Shown here: piece by piece, positions 36,772 through 46,416 of the stretch
Layout of the letters: each line of letters begins with the position of its first letter
How positions within the stretch are numbered: the first letter of the stretch is position 1
From: Thermoproteota archaeon
Lineage (GTDB): Archaea > Korarchaeota > Korarchaeia > Korarchaeales > Korarchaeaceae
Length of the DNA stretch: 64,000 nucleotides
Reading direction: 5' to 3'
Assembly (NCBI GenBank): GCA_027491915.1
Contig: JAOZGC010000002.1
Span: 512,001 to 576,000 of the forward strand
Position numbers and translations under genes: made by a program
The notes under the pieces: model-generated
Seen by the model: only the letters and a program-made list of their open reading frames with translations
The model's database searches: none
Told to the model about the DNA's origin: nothing

Positions 36772-37677
36772 CTAACCTCCCTTGTTTATTTCCTTTACCC
36801 TCCCGGAGCCCGATTCGCCGGCGATCCCCCTGACCCACTCCACGAGCTCCCACGGGGTCAGCGCTCCCCTCGGGGCCCCCAGGTCGGCCAGCGCGTCGGC
36901 CAGCAGGGTTATCTGGGGGGGCTTTATGAAGGCCCTCTCCAGCACCTCCGCCTCCTCGAAGACCTTCCTGGTAGGGGCGTCCATCAGGATCTCCCCGTCG
37001 GCCATGACCACGGTCCTCCTGGCGTACCTGGCCACTATGGGCATGTCGTGCGTTATTATGATGATCGTGTAGCCCTGCCGGTTCAGGTCTGTCAGGAAGT
37101 CCATTATCTCTATCGACTGCTTGAAGTCCTGCCCGGTGGTGGGCTCGTCCACTATTATCACGCTCGGCCTCATGGCCAGTATGGAGGCTATGGCCACCCT
37201 CTGCCTCAGCCCCTTGCTCAGGAAGAACGGGTGCTCCTCCCTGTACTCGTCCGAGAGGCCCGCTATCCTCATGGCCTCCCTCACCCTCTCCTCCACCTCC
37301 TCCGGCGGGAGCTTGAGGTTCCTCGGGCCGTAGGCGACCTCGTTGTAGACCGTGTCGTTGAACAGCTGGTGGTCGGGGTTCTGGAATATGTAACCGACCT
37401 TGGTGGCCAGGTAGGACGTCTTGGCCTCCCTGGTGTCCATCCCGAACACCAGGGCCCTCCCCTCGGTGGGCTTGAGGAGACCGGCTATGACCTTGGATAG
37501 GGTGGTCTTGCCCGACCCGTTCTGGCCTATGAAGGCCAGGAACTCTCCCCTCTCTATCCTGAGGTTCACCCCCCTGAGGGCGACCGTGCCGTCCGGATAG
37601 ACGAAGGTCACGTTCTGGACGTCCACGGCCACCTCACCCTCTCCGGCGCCCGCGCCGCTCACCTCGGCGGATCCCAC
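36772..37677 (-). CDS. ecfA2: ECF transporter ATPase (A')
   Basis: [34 protein letters not shown]. Confidence 0.9.
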   Translation of the reverse strand: MGSAEVSGAGAGEGEVAVDVQNVTFVYPDGTVALRGVNLRIERGEFLAFIGQNGSGKTTLSKVIAGLLKPTEGRALVFGMDTREAKTSYLATKVGYIFQNPDHQLFNDTVYNEVAYGPRNLKLPPEEVEERVREAMRIAGLSDEYREEHPFFLSKGLRQRVAIASILAMRPSVIIVDEPTTGQDFKQSIEIMDFLTDLNRQGYTIIIITHDMPIVARYARRTVVMADGEILMDAPTRKVFEEAEVLERAFIKPPQITLLADALADLGAPRGALTPWELVEWVRGIAGESGSGRVKEINKGG

Positions 37678-37684
37678 GGGTTCA

Positions 37685-38548
37685 TCACCTCCCCCTCAAC
37701 CCGGACAGGGCCTCCCTTGACGCCGATATGGCCTCCTCCAACGTCAGGGGTATCGGCCCGTCATAGAGGCCCATCTTCCTGAGCTCACTCACGAACACCA
37801 TCGGCTCCGGCGGGAACACGCCGTGCTCCAGGAGGAAATCTATGTCGTCGAAGAACTCCCTGGGGGGCGCGTCCCTCAGCACCCGGCCGTCGTGGACCAG
37901 GATGAACCTGTCGGCCAGGGGGGCTATGTCCTCCATCCTGTGCTCCACCACTATTATCGTGGCGTTGTAGCTCCTCCTCATCTCCCTCAGGACCTCTATG
38001 ACCTCCGTCTTGCCCACGGGATCCAGCATGGAGGTGGGCTCGTCCAGGATTATTATCTCCGGCCTCATGGCCAGTATGGAGGCTATGGCAACCCTCTGCT
38101 TCTGTCCCCCGCTCAGCTCGTACGGGGGCTTCTCCAGGTAGTCCATCGGTATGTGGGCCAGCCCCAGGGACCACTCCACCCTCTCCCTTATCTCGTCCAC
38201 GTCCAGCCCTATGTTCTCCAGCCCGAACACCACCTCCTCCTCGACGGTCATGGAGAGGAACTGGCTCTCCGGGTCGGAGAACACGAAGCCCACGTGCCTG
38301 GCTATGTCGGCCACCGGGTGCTCCCTGGTGTCCATCCCCTTCACGACGACGCTCCCCTCTATCACCCCGTAGTAGTTGTTGGGGATCAGGCCGTTCATGG
38401 CCATGACCAGGGTGCTCTTCCCCGAGTCGTTCGGCCCCACGATGGCGACGAACTCGCCCTGCTCCACCGAGAGGTTGACCCCCCTCAGGGCCCACCTCTC
38501 CTGTCCCTCGTACCTCCAGCCGAAGTTCTCCATCCGGATTACCGGCAT
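37685..38548 (-). CDS. ecfA1: ECF transporter ATPase (A)
   Basis: GPNDSGKST, LSGGQKQR, LDEPTSMLDP. Confidence 0.9.
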   Translation of the reverse strand: MPVIRMENFGWRYEGQERWALRGVNLSVEQGEFVAIVGPNDSGKSTLVMAMNGLIPNNYYGVIEGSVVVKGMDTREHPVADIARHVGFVFSDPESQFLSMTVEEEVVFGLENIGLDVDEIRERVEWSLGLAHIPMDYLEKPPYELSGGQKQRVAIASILAMRPEIIILDEPTSMLDPVGKTEVIEVLREMRRSYNATIIVVEHRMEDIAPLADRFILVHDGRVLRDAPPREFFDDIDFLLEHGVFPPEPMVFVSELRKMGLYDGPIPLTLEEAISASREALSGLRGR

Positions 38549-38552
38549 TGGA

Positions 38553-39413
38553 TCACCCGAACCTGACCCTGTACAGGAGGGAGTTCTCCGCCCTGAGCCA
38601 GCCGTACTGATAGTTCACGAACACTATGGCGGCGAGGAAGGCGAACATGATTGCGATGAGCGCCACGTCTGCCCCCCTGATCTTGTACTTCTTCGGTATG
38701 TAGTCGGTCCTCTTCCCGCCCTTGAACAGGCCGGAGAACCTGAAGGCCCTGGAATCCAGGGCGTTGGAGACCTCTTCGGCCCTCCTTATCGCCAACCCGA
38801 CCAGGGGAACTATGTAGAGCCCGAACTTCTTCACCTTCTCCGAGAAGGGGAGCTCCGCCAGGTCCAGGGCCCTGGCCTTCTCGGCCTCCCTTATGGTGAA
38901 GAAGTCTATTATGGAGAGGCCTATGGACCTGAGGGAGAGGCCCGCCAGGTAGCAGACGACGAAGGGGAGCCTCAGGGTCCTGAGCCCCACCACAACGTCC
39001 CTCTCCCTCATGGTGCTCAGGAAGAAGATTATGACCAGGATGGCCAGCACCAGCTGCAGGTAGACCAGGATGGCCCACCTGAGGTTCTCCCAGCATACCC
39101 TTATCGGCCCGAGCCGCAGGAGGACCGTGTACTCGGGCCTGTATCCCCCGAAGAACGTGTAGGCTATGGCTATGACGAAGAACAGGTTGACGAACGCCAT
39201 CTTGTATCCCTTTATGACGCTCAGGTCGACCTTGGCAGCCTTGAACAGGGCCAGCATGAACAGCGAGCCGGCCAGGTTGGCCTCGGGGAGCTGGGTGAGC
39301 ATGGGGTAGGCGCTGACCACCAGCAGGAAGAGGACCTTGGTCACCGGGTGGAGCGAGAATATCGGCGACTCCTCCGGGAGGTAACCGAGGAGAGACCGTC
39401 TCATCTTTGGCAT
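38553..39413 (-). CDS. ecfT: ECF transporter T component
   Basis: SPI..LHPVTK, EKARA and LDSRAF coupling motifs. Confidence 0.9.
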   Translation of the reverse strand: MPKMRRSLLGYLPEESPIFSLHPVTKVLFLLVVSAYPMLTQLPEANLAGSLFMLALFKAAKVDLSVIKGYKMAFVNLFFVIAIAYTFFGGYRPEYTVLLRLGPIRVCWENLRWAILVYLQLVLAILVIIFFLSTMRERDVVVGLRTLRLPFVVCYLAGLSLRSIGLSIIDFFTIREAEKARALDLAELPFSEKVKKFGLYIVPLVGLAIRRAEEVSNALDSRAFRFSGLFKGGKRTDYIPKKYKIRGADVALIAIMFAFLAAIVFVNYQYGWLRAENSLLYRVRFG

Positions 39414-39490
39414 TCGAGCTCACCCTCGACCCACTCGGGCGCGCGATCGGTCGGCGTCGAGGAGGAGAAATAAAGGGGAGAGATGGGGGC

Positions 39491-40099
39491 TCACGCCCAC
39501 CATCCCTTGACGAAGGACCTGTGCCTCACGACCAGCGGGGACAGGGCCTTCAGCAGGATTATGCCGAAGATCAGGGAGGGGACCCCGTTCCCGATGGTCC
39601 ACCCCGAGAAGAACAGGGGAACGGACTCCACGGTTATCAGGCCGAACCACTGGAGGGCCGTCACGGCCCAGGCGGCCCCGGCCAGGTTGTTCACCACGAC
39701 GCCCCATATGATGTAGTGGAGGTAGTCGGACCCCTTGGTGAGCCGCGGGTCGGCCTTGAAGAACTTGAAGGCCCAGGCCGGTATTATCCCCTGGAGCAGG
39801 TTGGACGGCAGGTAGGCGAAGCTCACGTACAGGGGCGCCCCGGCCAGCGAGTTGGATATGAACGGGAACAGGAAGCCGGCGAGCACGCCCCACATGCCGA
39901 ACCATATGGAGCCCACGGCCTGAACCGCGACGCCCGGCCAGAAACCGGTGACTCCGTAGCCCAGCGGAACCGAAAGGCTGCCGAAGGTACCGGCGACCGC
40001 GCCGACGCCTATCAGGAGGGCCATTATGGCTATGTGGACTGTTCCGGGCTTCCTGACCTCGCCCGGCTCGACCTCCCAGACCGACTTGGCTGATGGCAT
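39491..40099 (-). CDS. ECF transporter S component, substrate unknown
   Basis: About 200 aa with 5-6 TM, FWP..A....IWFG.WG; first gene of the S-T-A-A' operon. Confidence 0.75.
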   Translation of the reverse strand: MPSAKSVWEVEPGEVRKPGTVHIAIMALLIGVGAVAGTFGSLSVPLGYGVTGFWPGVAVQAVGSIWFGMWGVLAGFLFPFISNSLAGAPLYVSFAYLPSNLLQGIIPAWAFKFFKADPRLTKGSDYLHYIIWGVVVNNLAGAAWAVTALQWFGLITVESVPLFFSGWTIGNGVPSLIFGIILLKALSPLVVRHRSFVKGWWA

Positions 40100-40275
40100 A
40101 GTTCTTTGACGATTTCGGTTGCTAATAAACTAGGCGGTCGTCTAACCCCTCGACCGACCCGGTCGTCCGCTATCTCGCCGAGAAACCATAAAAGAGACAC
40201 ATTTCCATTTACGGGACTCGGGTCCCGGACCGAGGGGGGCGGGCGGGCTGGGGCGGTCGGCCGCGCCCCCAACCC

Positions 40276-41169
40276 TCACTCCCTGGAGTAGGGCCTCCCC
40301 ACGGCGGCGGGAGGCCTGACCCTCCCGACGGCCGCGGATACTATGGCCAGGGTTGCGGCGTAGGGGATGGTCTTCAGCAGGAACCCCATGGCCGGGGACC
40401 TCATGACTATCTCCAGGTAGGTGGCCAGGCCGTCGAAGAAGCCGAATATCAGCCCCCCGCCCACCGCGACCAGCGGGTTCCAGTTGCTGAACACCACGTT
40501 TGCCAGCGCTATGAACCCCCTGCCCGCGGTCATCTGCTTGGTGAACTGCCCGACGTAGTCCACGCTCATGTAGGCCCCGGCCAGCCCGGACAGGGCAGCC
40601 CCGATCACCGTCGCCAGGAACCTGACGCGGAACACGTTCACCCCCATGGCCTCCGCCGCCGCCGGGTCCTCGCCGGCGGCCCTCAGCCTCAGCCCCCCCT
40701 TGGTCCTGAACAGGTAGTACCAGGAGGCGGCGGCCACGGCCAGGGTCAGGGGGAAGAACCAGGAGATCTCCCCCAGGGGGCCGGCCGGTATCCTGGGCAC
40801 CTTGGGGACCCACGGGCTCTGCCCGTAGCTGTTCCAGACCCTCATCAGGGTCACCACCGCCACCCCGTACGCCAGTATGTTGACCCCGACCCCGGCCACT
40901 ATCTGGTCCCCCCTGAGGTGGACGGACACCGCGCCGTGGACCAGCCCGACCGCCACGCCCACCGCGACCCCGGCCAGCACCCCGAGGTAGGGGCTCCCGG
41001 AGAAGTAGGACACGTAGGCGGCCCCCAGGGCGCTCATGAGCATTATCCCCTCGAGGCCTATGTTGACCACGCCGGACCTCTCCGTTATCACCTCGCCGAC
41101 CGCCGCCAGGGTCAGGGGTACCATGGCCCTCAGCGCGGTCGAGGTGAGGGTGGCCACCTCCACGCCCAT
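40276..41169 (-). CDS. Nucleoside-type ABC transporter permease
   Basis: ERSGVVNIGLEG, LRAAGEDP.AA, GRGFIALA. Confidence 0.92.
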   Translation of the reverse strand: MGVEVATLTSTALRAMVPLTLAAVGEVITERSGVVNIGLEGIMLMSALGAAYVSYFSGSPYLGVLAGVAVGVAVGLVHGAVSVHLRGDQIVAGVGVNILAYGVAVVTLMRVWNSYGQSPWVPKVPRIPAGPLGEISWFFPLTLAVAAASWYYLFRTKGGLRLRAAGEDPAAAEAMGVNVFRVRFLATVIGAALSGLAGAYMSVDYVGQFTKQMTAGRGFIALANVVFSNWNPLVAVGGGLIFGFFDGLATYLEIVMRSPAMGFLLKTIPYAATLAIVSAAVGRVRPPAAVGRPYSRE

Positions 41170-42222
41170 TCAGCCGCCCCCCTCCGACGTCCCTCCCGCC
41201 CCCCTCCCGAAGCGCAAGGCGGAGGCCAGCATCCTGTAGGCCTCCGGGACGGCGAGGGCGAATATGACGACCCCGGTGACCGCCTCCACGAGCTCCCTGG
41301 GGACCCCCACCTCCAGCTGCATCCCGTGACCCCCCACCGCCATCAGGGCGAAGAGGGCCGACGACAGCACTATCCCCACCGGGTGGTTCCTGCCGACCAG
41401 GGCCACCCCTATGCCGTCGAAGCCCATGCCGGCCATGACGCTGGCGTGGGAGTCCAGGTAGAAGGACCTCCCTAGGACCACCAGGACGCCCGCCAGCCCG
41501 GAGACCCCGCCGCTCAGGGCCATGGATATGGCCGTTACCCTCCTCGGGTCGGCCCCGCCGTACCTGGCCGCCTTGGGCTGGAGGCCCACCGCCCTTATGT
41601 CGTAGCCGAGGCTGGTCCACCAGAGGAGGTAGAGCATGACCAGGGCCGCCGCGACCGCCACCAGGAAGGCCGTCGGGAGCTCAGACACCCTGGGAAACCT
41701 GGCCGTGACCGGCACGTCCAGAGACCTCCACGGCCTCTGGGGACTCGGGTAGTATATCGTGACGAAGTACCCCAGCAGGAAGTAGGCTATCCAGTTCAGC
41801 ATTATGGTCGAGACCACCTCGTTGACCCCCCTGTAAACCTTCAGGATCCCGGCCAGGGCCCCGTAACCGGCCCCGACGGCCACCCCGGCCAGGGTCGGGA
41901 GCACGGGCTCCCTGGTCGCGAGGGACACCACCAGGGCCACCAGCCCACCCAGGTACATCTGCCCCTCCATGCCTATGTTGAAGAGGCTCGCCCTGGCCGC
42001 GACGGCGAACCCCAGGCCCGTCAGCAGTATTGGGGTGGCCCTGTCCAGGACGGCCGAGGGGTCGGAGAGGGCCCAGGAGAACATGGCGTAGATGCCCCTG
42101 GCCGGGTCGGCCCCGACCCCGGCCAGGACTGCCGCGCCGGCCGCCAGCCCGATGGCCAGGGAGAGGGAGACCTCCGCCAGGGGGCCCGCGTACCTGCCCG
42201 GAGAGCCGAGCCCGAGCCTCAT
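41170..42222 (-). CDS. Nucleoside-type ABC transporter permease
   Basis: FNIGMEGQ, NEVVSTIMLNWIA, GFDGIGVALVG; ATG 42222 overlaps the ATPase stop. Confidence 0.92.
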   Translation of the reverse strand: MRLGLGSPGRYAGPLAEVSLSLAIGLAAGAAVLAGVGADPARGIYAMFSWALSDPSAVLDRATPILLTGLGFAVAARASLFNIGMEGQMYLGGLVALVVSLATREPVLPTLAGVAVGAGYGALAGILKVYRGVNEVVSTIMLNWIAYFLLGYFVTIYYPSPQRPWRSLDVPVTARFPRVSELPTAFLVAVAAALVMLYLLWWTSLGYDIRAVGLQPKAARYGGADPRRVTAISMALSGGVSGLAGVLVVLGRSFYLDSHASVMAGMGFDGIGVALVGRNHPVGIVLSSALFALMAVGGHGMQLEVGVPRELVEAVTGVVIFALAVPEAYRMLASALRFGRGAGGTSEGGG

Positions 42223-43781
42223 CCCGCCGCACCTCCCATGAGAAGCCCGAGCCTCTCCTCGGTCAGCTCCTCGGGCCTGCCCCCTCCAACTATCCTCCCC
42301 TCGTACATGACCACCACCCTGTCGCTTATCTGGAGTATCTCGTCCAGGTCGGTGGACACCAGCAGCACGGCGGCCCCCCTGTCCCTCTCCTCGAGCAGCA
42401 GCCTCCTGATGTACTCTGTGGCCGCCACGTCCAGCCCGTGGGTCGGCTGGTCGGCCACTATGACCTTGCCCCCCTTCATGATCTCCCTGCCGACTATCAG
42501 CTTCTGCTGGTTTCCCCCGCTCAGGTGCCTGGCCGGGGCGTCCAGTCCGGGGACCACCACCGAGAACCTGCGGACGATCTCGGCCGCCCTCTCCCTGACG
42601 GTGTCCCACCTCATGACCCACCGGCCCGAGAAGGGGGGGCCGTCGTGGATCCCGAGGACCGAGTTCTCGGCCACCGAGAAGTCCATTATCAGGCCGACCC
42701 CCTGCCTGTCCTCCGGGACGTGGGCCAGCCCGGCCCTGTAGAGCTCCCTGGGGGGGGAGTTGGTCATTTCCCTGCCGGCTATGAGTACTCTTCCCCTATC
42801 AGCCCGCCTGAGCCCAGTTATGGCCTCCACCAGTTCCCTCTGCCCGTTCCCGGCGACGCCCGCCACGCCCAGCACCTCACCGGACCTGACCTCCAGGTCG
42901 ACGCCCCTGACGGCCCACCCGCCCTCCTCGCCCCGGACCCACAGCCCCTCCACCGACAGCAGGACCCCGCCCGGGGAGGGGGGGCGCCTCTCTATCTCCA
43001 TCTCCACCTCCCTGCCCACCATCATCCTGGCCAGGTCCGACTCTGTCACGTCGCCCGTCCTGACCGTCCCGACCACCCTGCCCCTCCTCAGGACCGTGAC
43101 CCTGTCCGTTATGCCCATGACCTCCCTCAGCTTGTGGCTGATGAATATGACGGTGACCCCCCTCTCCCTGAGCCTCCCGAGCAGCGAGAAGAGCTCCCTG
43201 ACCTCCAGGGGGGTCAGCACGGAGGTCGGCTCGTCCAGTATCAGGACCCTGACGTCCCTCATGAGGGCCTTCAGGATCTCCACCCTCTGCCTGATCCCCA
43301 CCGGGAGGTCCTCCACCCTGGCGTCCAGGGGGACTGGGAGGCCGAGCTCCCCCATTATCTCCTCCGCCTTCTCCCTCACGGCGGGATCCCCGATCCTGGA
43401 CAGGCTCCCCCCGGGGATCACCATCGAGAGGTTCTCCATCACGGTGAACACGGGTATCAGGGTGAAGTGCTGGTGGACCATGCCTATCCCCGACTCCAGG
43501 GCCTCCCAGGGCCCCCGGGGGGACGCCTCCCTCCCCCCCACCAGGACCCTCCCGGAGGTCGGCCTGAGCTCGCCGTAGAGGATCCTCATCAGGGTGGTCT
43601 TCCCGGCCCCGTTCTCTCCGAGCAGGCCGTGGATCTCCCCCGGGAGGACCGAGAAGTCGACCCCCCTCAGGGCCACGGTCCCGTCCCTGTAGACCTTGAC
43701 GATCCCCTCCATGGAGACGACGGGCTCCGGCCCGGTTCCCGGCCCCAAGATCGGCACCGGTCCGGCGGATCGGACAATCAA
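42219..43781 (-). CDS. ABC transporter ATPase (double domain, sugar/nucleoside type)
   Basis: GENGAGKTT, GMVHQHF, LSGGNQQK; start uncertain. Confidence 0.93.
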   Translation of the reverse strand: MIVRSAGPVPILGPGTGPEPVVSMEGIVKVYRDGTVALRGVDFSVLPGEIHGLLGENGAGKTTLMRILYGELRPTSGRVLVGGREASPRGPWEALESGIGMVHQHFTLIPVFTVMENLSMVIPGGSLSRIGDPAVREKAEEIMGELGLPVPLDARVEDLPVGIRQRVEILKALMRDVRVLILDEPTSVLTPLEVRELFSLLGRLRERGVTVIFISHKLREVMGITDRVTVLRRGRVVGTVRTGDVTESDLARMMVGREVEMEIERRPPSPGGVLLSVEGLWVRGEEGGWAVRGVDLEVRSGEVLGVAGVAGNGQRELVEAITGLRRADRGRVLIAGREMTNSPPRELYRAGLAHVPEDRQGVGLIMDFSVAENSVLGIHDGPPFSGRWVMRWDTVRERAAEIVRRFSVVVPGLDAPARHLSGGNQQKLIVGREIMKGGKVIVADQPTHGLDVAATEYIRRLLLEERDRGAAVLLVSTDLDEILQISDRVVVMYEGRIVGGGRPEELTEERLGLLMGGAAG

Positions 43782-43803
43782 AAAAAGTTAGGGGAGGGGG
43801 CCG

Positions 43804-45090
43804 TCAGCCCCCGGCCAGGGCGGCGCTCAGATCCCCGGCCTCCAGGGCCTGGATCACCTGCTCGTACTGGGTGTGGTCGGCCGGGTTGACGAAGGTGATC
43901 TGGCCCGACTTGATCTGGTTCTCGAGCTGGCTTATCAGGTTCCAGGCGTCCTGGGATATGTACTGGTCCCTGAGCTCGGCCACCCTCTGCCTGACGGACT
44001 CGGGGGTCCACCCTGAGGGCAGCTGCCCGGCGTCGGCCGCGAACTGGGCGAAGGCCTGGACCTCGTCCAGGGTGCTTATGCCCACCCCGTCCTCGGCCAG
44101 CCCCAGGCTGTGGATCCCCCCCTGGAAGTTCCCGCTGACGGCCATCTCAATGGCGTCGTAGACCGCCACGTCGACCTTCTTCCTACCGCTCACGAATATG
44201 TGGTCCGGGTCGTACCACTCCTGGGGCGCGTCCTGCCCTATGGCGAAGACGGTCTCGCCCTGCTGGGCCCTCTCCTTGACCGCCTCGAAGGCCCCTATGT
44301 GGGTGGCGCCGGCCAGGCCGTATATCACGTTGGCACCCTGGTCTATCAGCTGGAGGGTGGCGTCCTTCCCGGTGGCGGGGTCCGTGAAGGTGCCGGTGTA
44401 CACGTACAGGACGTCCACGTCGGTCCCCAGCTGCTGGGCCATCCACTTGGCCCCGTAGAGGTATCCTATGTGGAACCTCCAGAGCGGGGGTATGTCCATG
44501 CCCATCAGCGCGGCTATCTTGTCGTTGCCCGTGTCGTGGGCTATCACCGTGGCTATGGCCCCGACCAGGGCGCCGCACTCCTGCTCCCTGAAGACGTAGC
44601 TGGCCACGTTGGGCTGATCCACCACGGAGTCTATTATGGCGAAGTTCTGGTTCGGATACTCCTGGGAGACGTTGTTTATGGCGTCGGTCAGCAGGAACCC
44701 TATCCCTATGATCACGTCGTAGTCGCCGGAGGAGGCGAGCCCCTCTAGCACGGGGACGAAGTCGGCCATGCTGGCCGGCGTGACGTACTCCACCTCGACG
44801 CCCAGCTCCGACTTGGCCCTCTCGGCGCCCATGTAGGCCAGGTCGTTGAAGCTCAGGTCCCCCCTTCCCCCGACGTCGAACACCACGGCCACCTTGTGGA
44901 CGGCCGGCGGCGGTGGCGGGGGCGGCGGGGTCTGGTTCTGAACGGTGGACGGAGGTGGCGGGGGCGGCGGGGTCGGCTGCGGCTTCTGGGTCAGGAACAT
45001 CACGCCGACGGCCGCCAGGACCAGGATCAGGATGATCAGCCCTATAAGGGCCGACCTGCCTATGCCCGCTCTTCTCATGGGTGGGGACAC
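43804..45090 (-). CDS. BMP-family (PnrA-like) nucleoside-binding protein
   Basis: N-terminal TM plus Pro linker; GGRGDLSFND, AIIDS, F.DPA.G, K.VD.AV. Confidence 0.9.
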   Translation of the reverse strand: MSPPMRRAGIGRSALIGLIILILVLAAVGVMFLTQKPQPTPPPPPPPSTVQNQTPPPPPPPPAVHKVAVVFDVGGRGDLSFNDLAYMGAERAKSELGVEVEYVTPASMADFVPVLEGLASSGDYDVIIGIGFLLTDAINNVSQEYPNQNFAIIDSVVDQPNVASYVFREQECGALVGAIATVIAHDTGNDKIAALMGMDIPPLWRFHIGYLYGAKWMAQQLGTDVDVLYVYTGTFTDPATGKDATLQLIDQGANVIYGLAGATHIGAFEAVKERAQQGETVFAIGQDAPQEWYDPDHIFVSGRKKVDVAVYDAIEMAVSGNFQGGIHSLGLAEDGVGISTLDEVQAFAQFAADAGQLPSGWTPESVRQRVAELRDQYISQDAWNLISQLENQIKSGQITFVNPADHTQYEQVIQALEAGDLSAALAGG

Positions 45091-45191
45091 CCGATGGCCC
45101 GGTTTTTCGTTGAATAATTTAACCTTTTCTCGGGGGAGGCCGGGGGCGGCGGGCGATATTAGTATTTAGGGTTCCCCGGGCGGGCCCCGGG

Positions 45192-45476
45192 ATGGCGCCC
45201 GGAGGGTCCACCCTGACCACCTTCCTGGCCATAGCCGGGACCGTCTTCGTCATGGAGATGGCCGACAAGACCCAGCTGGCGGCCCTGAGCTTCTCCGCCG
45301 AGGTGCCCGACGCCCGGCTGGTCTACGCCGCCACCGTGCTCGGGTTGGCCCTGGCCTCGCTGGTCTCCGTGTTCGGGGGGAGGGTCCTGAGGGCGGCGCT
45401 GGGATCAGGCCCGCTCAGGCTCGCCGTCGGCGCCGCCCTGGTGCTGGCCGGGATCCTGGTGGTTCTTGGAAGGTGA
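45192..45476 (+). CDS. UPF0016/GDT1/TMEM165 half-size membrane protein
   Basis: EMADKTQL motif, 3 TM. Confidence 0.8.
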   Translation: MAPGGSTLTTFLAIAGTVFVMEMADKTQLAALSFSAEVPDARLVYAATVLGLALASLVSVFGGRVLRAALGSGPLRLAVGAALVLAGILVVLGR

Positions 45477-46340
45477 CCTCGTCGGTATGAGGTGGGTCCC
45501 GTCGCAGGAGGGGGCCCGGAAGAACCCGGGATCGGTCAGCCCCTCCCTGCAGGTGGCGTAGGTCAGGCCGACGTCGCGCGCCCTCCCAACGACCGGGGCC
45601 AGCATCCCCTCTCTGACCCGCCTCGGGAGGTACCAGTACCCCCCGATCCACCTCCCCTCGATCCTGTAGGCCCTGCGCCACTCGGCCGCCAGCCCGGGGA
45701 ACGCGGCCTCCATCCTGCGCAGGCCGTCGGGCGTCGCCTTGTACGTGGACGTGACGACGTGGGCCGCGCCGGCCTCGGCGGCCGCCGAGACCAGCTCCCT
45801 CAGATCCGCGGGGTCGTCCGTCAGCCCCGGGATCACCGGGTCCACCCTGACCCCGACCGGTATCCCGAGCTCCGAGAGCTCGGCCGCGGCTCGCAGCCTG
45901 GCTTCCGGATCTGGGGCCCCGGGCTCCAGCCTCCCCGCCGTCCCCGCGTCCAGGGTGGTCACCGTGATCATCACGGCGGCCGCGCCCCTCAGGACGTCGG
46001 CGTCCCTGACCACCAGGTCCCCCTTGGTGGTCACCAGGATGCGGAATCCCGCCGACGCCAGCAGCCGCAGCACCCTCCGGGTGAGCCGCAGCACCCCCTC
46101 CTCCGGGGGATATGGGTCGGAGCTGGTGGAGAGCTCGACGGGGAGCGAGGGGTCCAACCTCCTCAGGTCCCTGATCACCCTGGCCTCGAGGTCTCTCTTG
46201 GGGCGGCTCCTGCCGACCCCCACGTACCTGGTGGCGTAGCAGTACAGGCACCCGTGGCTGCACCTGGTGTACGGCTGGAGGGAGTACTTCGGGGGGCACG
46301 TGCACAGGTGGCTCCCCCAGGGATCGAACCTCCTGATCAC
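45405..46340 (-). CDS. Radical SAM protein (SPL-like, archaeal type)
   Basis: CTCPPKY, CSHGCLYCY, SSDPYPP, RVDPVIPG; GGAGG before GTG 46340. Confidence 0.88.
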   Translation of the reverse strand: MIRRFDPWGSHLCTCPPKYSLQPYTRCSHGCLYCYATRYVGVGRSRPKRDLEARVIRDLRRLDPSLPVELSTSSDPYPPEEGVLRLTRRVLRLLASAGFRILVTTKGDLVVRDADVLRGAAAVMITVTTLDAGTAGRLEPGAPDPEARLRAAAELSELGIPVGVRVDPVIPGLTDDPADLRELVSAAAEAGAAHVVTSTYKATPDGLRRMEAAFPGLAAEWRRAYRIEGRWIGGYWYLPRRVREGMLAPVVGRARDVGLTYATCREGLTDPGFFRAPSCDGTHLIPTRSPSKNHQDPGQHQGGADGEPERA

Positions 46341-46416
46341 GTCCCCCTCCTTCCGGGCGGGCACCCCACCGTCCGACCGGGCGAACCGTTAAAGGTTCCC
46401 CCCGCCGGCGCGGCGT

